Shown here: one piece after another, positions 15,654 to 23,263 of the stretch
Layout: every line of letters starts with the position of its first letter
Position numbering within the stretch: position 1 is the stretch's first letter
Notes under the pieces: model-generated
What the model saw: only the letters and a program-made list of their open reading frames with translations
The model's database searches: none
Told to the model about the DNA's origin: nothing
Position numbers and translations under genes: made by a program
Assembly (NCBI GenBank): GCA_041288045.1
Contig: JBGGMM010000072.1
Span: 1-23,263, forward strand
Length of the DNA: 23,263 nucleotides
Reading direction: 5' to 3'
Origin: Pseudobdellovibrionaceae bacterium
GTDB taxonomy: Bacteria; Bdellovibrionota; Bdellovibrionia; Bdellovibrionales; Bdellovibrionaceae

Positions 15654-17867
15654 TTAAGGACAACTCACTCTCGTTCCAAATTCTTTGTTAGCTTCTCGAA
15701 CAAAGAGGCAAATTCGCTCTTGAAAGGTTTTGTTCACTTGACTCGCTACTCGAGCTTGGTCTTTTAAAAGAGTTTCGGCCAAGACAGCTTTATCAGATCT
15801 ATCTTTAGAGGCCTCCGCAGTGACATGCGAGGCGAAGCTTTTAGCTGCCGTTTTCGCTGCCGTCTCATCACTGGCAATCCTGGCTTGTGCCACATAAAGA
15901 TCAAAATACTCTCGACTGCCTTTGTTCGATCGCGCTTCAACTAAAGCGGCCTCTTTCTGAAACATTTGCGTTGCTAAATTGTTCAATGCCGAATCCTCTT
16001 GGGAGGCTCGATTCATCAATCGCTCAGCACCCAATCGAATGATGCTATTGTCATTTAGCTTGATTTTATTTGCAGCTAGCAATTCTTGGTATTCAGTGAC
16101 CCAGGACTCCTTTTTCAGGTAGTTGATTTCTTTATCTGCCGCTGTCGATGGAATTCCGGCAGCAAAAAACCTTCGCTGCCAATCTGCAATTTCTTGTTTC
16201 GTTGCCGACACATCGCCACCGTCATCCAGAAACTTTTTATAATCAGTTAAAAGTTTTTCCCGGGCTTGGTTCTGTTCAAAAGACCTTGCACCTGAGCTCG
16301 ACAGACGCAGGTCGCTCATCCGCCTTCCAACATCGGCTTCATTGCCGTATCGACCCGTGATGTTTTTCCAAAGCAGAAATTCCCGGTCGCGCCAGCCGAT
16401 TCCTGCTTGAGTCATGATTCGGCGCTTTTCTTCAATTTGTTTGGCCGTGTAAGGAGGGTTTCCGACTTCATGAGCTCGAATGAGAGCATCTCTTTGTTGA
16501 GAATTTAAAGTTCGGCCCAGAATCCCTTCAGCTGCAGCAATGCGTTCGCCATTTGTCAAATTGCCGGCGAAAGCTGGCTCTTGTGAGCGAAGACTTTTTT
16601 GCATCCTTTGGACAAATTCAGCGGTGTCTTGCCGACGTTTTGCGAGGTAACTCAAGGTCGATCCGCCGACAGCGCCCGAAGCTGCAAGTGTCGAATCCAA
16701 AAGACAATTGGAAGTTTTCATTTTTGCAATTTCAAAATCTTTCGAGCTTTGACAGCTATCCGCTCCGACCTGCAGGTCGGGTGATTCATTTAAACAGGAT
16801 TTAACAAAACTTTCCATCGTTGCTGTCGAGCCCACCAACATTGTTCCGAGCCCCAAGAGCTTAGAAGCTTGGGCCAATTTTGCGGCTCGTGCCGTGTTGA
16901 GAGCAAAGGCCGCTCGAGCCGCCATGAAAGTTCCAAACCAAGTTGCCGGAAAAAGCATGGAACCGACGGAAGCGCCGAGAATAAGGCCCTCCTTCAGCTG
17001 TTTGTTAGATTGGTATTTACAAGTGGCAGCCTCTAAACTTTTGACCGCGTTCGGGTTCTTCTTAACAATAGACTGCAGAAGATTTTGGTTCTCATAGAGC
17101 TCCTCTCTCGTTGCTGAATCCAGTTGATAATTTCCAGGCCCCCGCTGCTGGCTATCCAATTGCTTCTTGCTCTTTTTTAAGTTTTCTTTGATTCGACCTC
17201 GAAGACTCTCAAAAGATTGAGAGCCGCGGCCCATCATGGCCTCGGCGTAAAAATTTTCTTCGTTAAACTGCGAGGAAGAAACATATCCATCGATCCAAGC
17301 TTGCATTTCAGGGTTGTCATGCTGCCAAATTGTGGAAAGAGTCGCTGCGTACTTTTGCATGGACTCACGAGCGACCCGGTTGTTTTCAGCGTATTGAATA
17401 GCCGCATTGTATTCTTTGGATCCAACCTTCGGAACCATTCCCTCATTTTTTGGAATTTGCCCCAGTAGAATCTGGTTCTCATTGGTCAATCTCTGCATGT
17501 CTGCTTTTAAATTTCTCATGTAAGAAATTTTGCTACCTATATCCGCCACTGTTAGTTTCTGAAGCTCTAATCCTGAATCATGAACGTTTGAATAGGTTTC
17601 TGTTGTCTGAATGGCACAAGATAAATTTTCACTTTGAGTCGTGGCTAAAACATTGTCGACAATCCGATCTGCGACATTTGTCAGATCACTTTGCGATTTC
17701 CCAGTAGAGCCCAATTGGCAATCAGGGCGAGTCGAATTTAAGGCCTGGATGTCAGATTCCGTTACTGGTTGGCAGCTGCCCGAAAGGTGGCGGTAAGAAT
17801 CTGTGGTAGAGGATCCCCAGGCCACAACCGAAAATAAAAAAAATAGAGTCATTCGAAAGACAAACAT
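15654..17867 (-). CDS. Large secreted hypothetical protein (737 aa) with internal hydrophobic helices
   Basis: Signal-peptide-like N-terminus (MFVFRMTLFFLFSVVAWG), spaced Cys residues, an Ala/Gly-rich hydrophobic segment near aa 295-355 and a charged helical C-terminus. No family recognised. Confidence 0.8.
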   Translation of the reverse strand: MFVFRMTLFFLFSVVAWGSSTTDSYRHLSGSCQPVTESDIQALNSTRPDCQLGSTGKSQSDLTNVADRIVDNVLATTQSENLSCAIQTTETYSNVHDSGLELQKLTVADIGSKISYMRNLKADMQRLTNENQILLGQIPKNEGMVPKVGSKEYNAAIQYAENNRVARESMQKYAATLSTIWQHDNPEMQAWIDGYVSSSQFNEENFYAEAMMGRGSQSFESLRGRIKENLKKSKKQLDSQQRGPGNYQLDSATREELYENQNLLQSIVKKNPNAVKSLEAATCKYQSNKQLKEGLILGASVGSMLFPATWFGTFMAARAAFALNTARAAKLAQASKLLGLGTMLVGSTATMESFVKSCLNESPDLQVGADSCQSSKDFEIAKMKTSNCLLDSTLAASGAVGGSTLSYLAKRRQDTAEFVQRMQKSLRSQEPAFAGNLTNGERIAAAEGILGRTLNSQQRDALIRAHEVGNPPYTAKQIEEKRRIMTQAGIGWRDREFLLWKNITGRYGNEADVGRRMSDLRLSSSGARSFEQNQAREKLLTDYKKFLDDGGDVSATKQEIADWQRRFFAAGIPSTAADKEINYLKKESWVTEYQELLAANKIKLNDNSIIRLGAERLMNRASQEDSALNNLATQMFQKEAALVEARSNKGSREYFDLYVAQARIASDETAAKTAAKSFASHVTAEASKDRSDKAVLAETLLKDQARVASQVNKTFQERICLFVREANKEFGTRVSCP

Positions 17868-17955
17868 TTCAGGAATATATCGGAATTTGAGTTTGTTTCA
17901 TTGAGCTCTCCTACAGAGAATTCACAGGGCCAAGGTCTGGGTTGGGCTCTTTGTG

Positions 17956-18426
17956 TTATTCACCCGCCATGTAGACTTTGATCTCTTTCAAATAAGCGTC
18001 TTGATGGGTCCGTTTTATTTTTTTGAGTTCTGTCCCTGCTAATTTTTTCTCACCAGAAAAGGCAACGACAATATATAAGCCTGGTTTCATTTCTTTGTAG
18101 GAATTTGAATATTCGATGGAAATGTACTCTCCATCGTCAAATTTTCCCCTCTGATTGTAGCAAGGGAATTCTTGAGTTGGCCCTTCCAGGCAGGTTTTTT
18201 TATCAAAACTGAGGCCACTCTTTTTATCAGGATTCAATCCCCGTAAATCCAGTTTGATCTTTAAATCTTGGCTGGATTTTTCGGCAGTGGCTTTTGCATT
18301 TTCGTAATCCTGAGAGCTCGCTAAAATCACAAAATACTTTTTGATTTCAGGATTCGGCATTTTCTCTGCTTTTAGAGTGGCAGCCGATAGGAAGAAAAAT
18401 ACAAAAACAAAGAGTTTGCTTTTCAT
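17956..18426 (-). CDS. Small secreted protein, possibly with a SPOR-like alpha/beta fold
   Basis: Signal peptide ending LKA/E, YFVILAS-x-x-DY-x-x-A, a Cys pair, and PGLYIVVA...A-x-x-x-LKKIK-x-x-x-x-DAY. The fold call is tentative. Confidence 0.75.
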   Translation of the reverse strand: MKSKLFVFVFFFLSAATLKAEKMPNPEIKKYFVILASSQDYENAKATAEKSSQDLKIKLDLRGLNPDKKSGLSFDKKTCLEGPTQEFPCYNQRGKFDDGEYISIEYSNSYKEMKPGLYIVVAFSGEKKLAGTELKKIKRTHQDAYLKEIKVYMAGE

Positions 18427-18432
18427 TTTGTC

Positions 18433-18462
18433 ATTTTAAGGAAGGGCTTCAGGGAGTGTCAA
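18433..18462 (-). promoter_or_regulatory. Sigma-70 promoter TTGACA-18-TAAAAT, 6 nt upstream of the ATG at 18426
   Basis: The minus strand reads TTGACA CTCCCTGAAGCCCTTCCT TAAAAT GACAAA ATG; no SD sequence is present. Confidence 0.75.
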
Positions 18463-18490
18463 TGAAACATCTTTCCCTCGCTCTTCCGTT

Positions 18491-20593
18491 TTAAATCCCA
18501 GAGCCGCGAATTTCACCTGTCGGTACAAAAGATGGATAAGCGATGGATCCGAGCCAACTGACACTTCCGTCTTGGTGTTTGATGTAGATGGCTTTTCGAT
18601 ACAGAGTCACCGCGTCCACAGGCTTTGAAGATTGCACTTTGACCGGCCCGATAATGGCTTCTCCATCATCTCTCCAGCACCAAACAAGGTTTTGGCTGTC
18701 CAATCCACAATACTGTCTGAAATCACCGACTGAAATCGTTTTCATTGAATTGAGTCCCAAAACTTCCTTCGGTTGTGAATACCTGAATGTCGAAAAGCTC
18801 AGATTCCAGCAAATGACTTTGTCTTGTTCTGATATGGCACAGGCTCCGGAAATCTTTTTGATTCCTGATAAACCCATATCGACTGGTGTCGAAATGGAAT
18901 TGCTCTCTGGACCAGCTGACCCGTATCCCTGTCCCCAACATTTTACTTCTCCCTGGGAAGTCAGAGCACAGGCAGAGTAGAGGTTGACTGAAATATCTTC
19001 GACATTTGATAAATTGGAAACATCGACCGGCAGGTCCGATGAATTGGTCGTGCCGTTGCCTAACTGACCATAATAATTATTTCCCCAGCACTTCACCGTG
19101 CCCAACTGGGTCGCAACACAACCGCTCATACCTATTGAAACGGCTCGAACAGCTCCCAGATTTGGAAAGGTAACAGGTGTATTCGAGTTAACTGTGCTTA
19201 CTCCTACGCTCCCCCAGCATTTCAATTCGTTCAGCTTATTGATGACACAGTTATGTGCTGAACCTGATGTTAAAGAATGCACATCAGATAAGCCAACAAC
19301 ATCCACAAAGCCAATCGAGCTTACAATAGTGGGGTTTCCCAATTGGCCATAAGAATTTGCACCACGACATTTGACTGTGTTTTGCGCTGTTACAAAGCAA
19401 TTATGAGAGATTTCTTTCATTCCAAAAAGAAGTGGGTCGTTGATCAGGACATCCGAACTGGTCGTCAAATTATTTCCCATTCGCGAAAAGGCGTCCACTC
19501 CCCAACACCGAACCGTATCTAGAGCAGTGATCGCGCAGGATGAGTGAACGTCAACTGCGAGACTTTTCACAGGGCCAAGATTGACCACATCAACTGGAGC
19601 TACAGAAGATTTGTCTGAATTATTTCCGAGTTCCCCATCTTGTCCCCAGCCCCAGCATTTGACCAGTCCTTGAGAGGTGATCGCACAGGCGTGCCGTAAA
19701 CTCACGGCCAATGATTTAATATTTATCAAACCTGTGATCTCAACCACCTTTCCTAAAGTTGACGGGCCAGTCAATTCATCTGACCCCCAACACTTCACTT
19801 TGCTGCTAGCGGTGATTGCGCAACCATAAGGACCAGTATGGGAGACTCCGCCGGAAAGAAATTGAACATCAGTTAAATCGTTGACATCGATCAGGGCCAA
19901 ATTCGAATCCCAACATTTGACCAAATTTTGTGCCGTTATCACACAATGCTCAGAAAGGGCCTTTACAGCCGACAAATTGGGAATGTCGATAATTTGACTC
20001 TGATCCCAACATTTGATCGTGTCCTGAGCGGTGATGCCACACTCTCCAGAGATGGCTTTGATCCCCGAAAGGCCCAGATCAATTGGCAGTGGCGAAGATC
20101 TCATTTTCGTTGTTGGATTCAATTCGCCGTAGCTACTTCCCCAGCACTTGACTCTTCCCTGATAATCAAGCGCGCAGGTGCTATAGTAGTCGGCGGCAAC
20201 AGTTTTGACTCCCGACAATCCAACAACATCCACAGGGACGAATGAATCTGTGGTTGAATTGTTACCTAACTGACCATAAAAATTATTTCCCCAGCACTGG
20301 AGTGTATCTGCCATCGTAATTCCGCAGGCATGGGTCGAACTCATACTGATGCCTTTAAACTTTAATAAGGGCCCCGGAGAGAAAACTTTATTTCCCTCTG
20401 AGCAGCTTGCGGCAATGTTAAATCCATAAAATGAGCCGCCTCCACAAGTACTGGCTTCTTCTGTGAGGCTGGTTTCGGTGTTAATGACTTCAAAACCCTT
20501 GGAACAGTTCTGAAAGATGAATGCCGTTGAAATCAGGATCAGGAGAGAAAGAATCACCGAAACAAGCTTGGCATGGTTTTTTTTATGTTTCAT
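18491..20593 (-). CDS. RCC1-like repeat (beta-propeller) lipoprotein
   Basis: Basic N-terminus, hydrophobic stretch and an FQNC lipobox-like motif, then many (H)-x-CAIT-x-x-x-x-VKCWG-x-N-x-YGQLGN repeats. Confidence 0.9.
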   Translation of the reverse strand: MKHKKNHAKLVSVILSLLILISTAFIFQNCSKGFEVINTETSLTEEASTCGGGSFYGFNIAASCSEGNKVFSPGPLLKFKGISMSSTHACGITMADTLQCWGNNFYGQLGNNSTTDSFVPVDVVGLSGVKTVAADYYSTCALDYQGRVKCWGSSYGELNPTTKMRSSPLPIDLGLSGIKAISGECGITAQDTIKCWDQSQIIDIPNLSAVKALSEHCVITAQNLVKCWDSNLALIDVNDLTDVQFLSGGVSHTGPYGCAITASSKVKCWGSDELTGPSTLGKVVEITGLINIKSLAVSLRHACAITSQGLVKCWGWGQDGELGNNSDKSSVAPVDVVNLGPVKSLAVDVHSSCAITALDTVRCWGVDAFSRMGNNLTTSSDVLINDPLLFGMKEISHNCFVTAQNTVKCRGANSYGQLGNPTIVSSIGFVDVVGLSDVHSLTSGSAHNCVINKLNELKCWGSVGVSTVNSNTPVTFPNLGAVRAVSIGMSGCVATQLGTVKCWGNNYYGQLGNGTTNSSDLPVDVSNLSNVEDISVNLYSACALTSQGEVKCWGQGYGSAGPESNSISTPVDMGLSGIKKISGACAISEQDKVICWNLSFSTFRYSQPKEVLGLNSMKTISVGDFRQYCGLDSQNLVWCWRDDGEAIIGPVKVQSSKPVDAVTLYRKAIYIKHQDGSVSWLGSIAYPSFVPTGEIRGSGI

Positions 20594-20677
20594 ACTGCGA
20601 ACCTTTCGGCTTGATTCGGCCTTCTCTGTACATCAACCCTGACAGGCTAAAGGAGCTTGAACATCGCGCAACAAAAT

Positions 20678-23263
20678 CTATGGAATCACGAACTTCCCAC
20701 CACCCGCGAGTGGAGTCCATATATCGTATTCGGCAAATTGGGCGTAAAAGAGCTGACCGCTAAAAAGCTTTGCAAAAGACGAATGTATTTTCGTTTCAAA
20801 ACCAAAATCTCCGGCCAAGCCGCAGGCTGTGGTCGATGCTGCCGGGCCTGGCAGGCTTGTGACGGCATTTCCAAAAGCTGTTCCTCGGCCCAGTGGACCA
20901 CCCGCATAGAAATTGATTTTTTTGTAGATTGTCGACCCTTTTCCACAACCCCAGCCTGTCACTAAGAGACTGCCGTCGCTCAAGGATTCAACTGCAGTGA
21001 TGGCCCCAACAAGACCACGGCCACTGGGGCTCACTGTCGTTCTGACTCCGTCCAAAAAGAATCCAGATTTGTCTTGGGCGTATTGATAATCTAAAACTTG
21101 GATGGAACTAAAATCTGCACCCACGAGCTCTGATCCGCCATAAAAAACTTTTGATTTGTCTTTGAGATACTCAAGCCGATTTCTTCCAACCAAAGAAAAT
21201 GAATGAACGTCAAGTCCAACCAAGGGTTTTCCTAAATAGAAGACAGAATTTTTGTCCCTGTAATAACCATTGGCGGCCAATGTGAAGGTCGCAGGATCGG
21301 CTTGAATTTTAGTATCGCCATAGTAAACCGAATTTTGATCTTTGAAGTAAGACGAATCGATCACTTCAAAGGTCCCAGGATCTGCCCCTAGAATGGCATG
21401 GGCTTCGCGAAAAACCTGGTCCGCATCACGAGCAAGAATTAAATCTGAATTGAGAACGGAAAACGTGCTTGGATCTGCACCTTGAATAAGGTTAAAGCCG
21501 TTGAAAACGGATTTTCCATCATTCAGATAACAATTCGAAATTGCCGTTGTCAATGGATCGGGCCTTCGACTTTCCGGGCAATCAATGATTTGCGCCGTTC
21601 GAGCATCTAAACCGACAATTGGATAATATCTGAGATAGAGAGTGGTGCCACTTTTTGAGAAATGATTATCAATTATCTGAAAGTTCGAAGGCAAAGCATT
21701 GGGAAGAACTTGTGATTTAAAGTAAACTCGAAATGCATCCTTCGAATAAGGCTCCTTCAAGACCTGAAAAGTACTGACATCTGCTTCTTTCATTAGATAA
21801 TGACCTGAATAAACCCCCGTGCGGTCTTTCGCATAAGGCTCCTTGCCAAAGACCTGAAAGCTCGCTCGGTCAACTGTGGCCATAACCGTGGCTTCAAAGG
21901 CGTCCGAGGGGTTCGCCCAAGAGTCTCTGATGTGAATCACCGAAGTCGCGGTTTTTCCATAAAAAGGATTCAGTGGAGTAAAATTGGACAAATCAATTCC
22001 CGTCGTCGCAAAATTGAGTCGAACCATTCGTGCTAATGAAGTCACATATTTGTAGAGACCACTTTGATCTTTGAAATAACCGAACCCAGTGTCGACAAAT
22101 GAAGAAGCTTGAATGCCCGAATCGACAGTCCCATTAAAATAAACTTTTTCTGAGTCCTTCGCAAAACCAGAATGAAAAACGGTAAAACTGGGGGGCTGGG
22201 TGACAGCTAGCTTGCGGTTCTGCCAAAAGATGACGGCCTGATCACGAACGTAATAACGACCTAAAATTTCGAATCCCTTGGGAGTGATCCCTGGCAGAAG
22301 AGTTAAATTGAAATAAACTGCATTTTCGTCTTTTGAATACCCAATACCAATAATTTCAAAGCTGTTAGGAAGAGCACCGACGATCGCTTTCGTTTCCTTG
22401 AAAACAGCGCGGGCATCACGCCCATAGCTGTCAGAAATCGGAATAAATGTTGAGGGATCAGCTCCGGGAATGACAATCTCTTGAAAGTAGACTTGAGAGG
22501 AGTCGACGGAAAATTTTTCTGAGAGCACCCGAAAAGAATCAACCTTGGCAGTTGGCATCACTTTATCGGTCCGATAGACAAAGTTTTTATCTTTTGCAGA
22601 AAAGCGCGAGAGAACCTGAAAGCTGTCGATGTCAGCCTCAGGAATCAAAGCTTTTTGAAAGTAGATGGCACCATCCACGAGCCAGTAATTTTGTCCGAGA
22701 TGTTTTCGCGAACTCTTTCGATTCCAAGCTTTGCTATCTCTCAAATAGATCCAGTTTTTATCGATAGCCATATCGAGGCTGACGGGAGCAAAGTTCGCTG
22801 CGTCGGCATTGGTGACCACGTAGGCTCCGAAATAGACCCGATAAGCATCTTTTGCATACCACTCATTGAGGGGAATAAAACCCTTTGGATTTGCATCGAG
22901 AATTCGAAACCTTTGAAAATAAACAGACTTGCCGTCGGTACTGTAGCCGTACTTGAGAACTTTAAAAGTAGAGACAAGAACTTGATCCAGAGGAATCCCT
23001 CGAAAATAAACTCGGTTCTTGTCTTTGGCATACACATCATCAATTTGCGCAAAAGTCGCAACATCGACGCCTTCAATCACAAAGCCAGAGAAAGATACCC
23101 GATTTGTGGCGGTTTTCATGTAGCCGGCTTCAGCACGCGGAACGACAAGAGTCTCGTTGTCGATGGGCGCTGGTGTCGTCTGTGAACCGGGATTATCGAC
23201 ATTAGCAGTATCATCAGAAGGCTCAGAAGACCCAACACTGGGCAAATCAAGCCCAGCTTGGTC
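20678..23263 (-). CDS. DKNYY-repeat protein with C-terminal beta-rich domain; 5' end lies outside the window
   Basis: Repeats of about 37 aa, GAD-x-x-TF-x-x-L-x-x-x-Y-x-KDK-x-x-VY(F/Y), run through most of the protein. The frame is open to the window edge (GAC CAA GCT GGG CTT GAT TTG...), so the TTG at 23245 is probably not the true start. Confidence 0.85.
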   Translation of the reverse strand, partial: DQAGLDLPSVGSSEPSDDTANVDNPGSQTTPAPIDNETLVVPRAEAGYMKTATNRVSFSGFVIEGVDVATFAQIDDVYAKDKNRVYFRGIPLDQVLVSTFKVLKYGYSTDGKSVYFQRFRILDANPKGFIPLNEWYAKDAYRVYFGAYVVTNADAANFAPVSLDMAIDKNWIYLRDSKAWNRKSSRKHLGQNYWLVDGAIYFQKALIPEADIDSFQVLSRFSAKDKNFVYRTDKVMPTAKVDSFRVLSEKFSVDSSQVYFQEIVIPGADPSTFIPISDSYGRDARAVFKETKAIVGALPNSFEIIGIGYSKDENAVYFNLTLLPGITPKGFEILGRYYVRDQAVIFWQNRKLAVTQPPSFTVFHSGFAKDSEKVYFNGTVDSGIQASSFVDTGFGYFKDQSGLYKYVTSLARMVRLNFATTGIDLSNFTPLNPFYGKTATSVIHIRDSWANPSDAFEATVMATVDRASFQVFGKEPYAKDRTGVYSGHYLMKEADVSTFQVLKEPYSKDAFRVYFKSQVLPNALPSNFQIIDNHFSKSGTTLYLRYYPIVGLDARTAQIIDCPESRRPDPLTTAISNCYLNDGKSVFNGFNLIQGADPSTFSVLNSDLILARDADQVFREAHAILGADPGTFEVIDSSYFKDQNSVYYGDTKIQADPATFTLAANGYYRDKNSVFYLGKPLVGLDVHSFSLVGRNRLEYLKDKSKVFYGGSELVGADFSSIQVLDYQYAQDKSGFFLDGVRTTVSPSGRGLVGAITAVESLSDGSLLVTGWGCGKGSTIYKKINFYAGGPLGRGTAFGNAVTSLPGPAASTTACGLAGDFGFETKIHSSFAKLFSGQLFYAQFAEYDIWTPLAGGGKFVIP

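Noticed and set aside
22655..23185. 176-aa plus-strand ORF and other short antisense ORFs inside the long genes
   Set aside because: They lie fully antisense or out of frame to well-supported CDSs, with no motifs or RBS.
18491..23263. Possible CRISPR array or diversity-generating retroelement in the repeat-rich region
   Set aside because: The repeats are degenerate protein-level repeats inside ORFs; there are no identical DNA repeats with spacers, no reverse transcriptase and no TR/VR pair.

Overview
Bacterial chromosomal window. Gene content, the FQNC-type lipobox and the large secreted repeat proteins suggest a Bdellovibrionota (Bdellovibrio-like) genome; this is inference. The left part (1-12920) is mostly housekeeping: a minus-strand gldA/gldF/gldG-like ABC operon continuing into a DUF4340 gene and a GHMP kinase that runs off the window, then an NFACT/RqcH-like gene, a small hypothetical, an RsmB/NOP m5C methyltransferase, a 2Fe-2S ferredoxin, a DadA-family dehydrogenase, and phoU-phoB-phoR divergent from ppx. 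The middle (12930-15621) holds two compact accessory modules. (i) An XRE-HTH/AbiEi-like gene plus a DUF6036/AbiEii-like nucleotidyltransferase, under an apparently leaderless sigma-70 promoter whose -35 lies inside a perfect 9+9 bp palindrome; this is a candidate autoregulated toxin-antitoxin or defence module. (ii) An Hsp20 with an N-terminal helical extension, co-oriented with a small protein made of a coiled coil plus a Gly/Tyr-rich, nearly uncharged prion-like tail, closed by a terminator. The right part (15654-23263) is a minus-strand run of exported proteins: a 737-aa unknown, a small secreted protein, an RCC1-repeat lipoprotein and a DKNYY-repeat protein truncated by the window edge. 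No RNA genes, CRISPR arrays or transposases were recognised. All family calls come from motif recognition by eye, not database searches.
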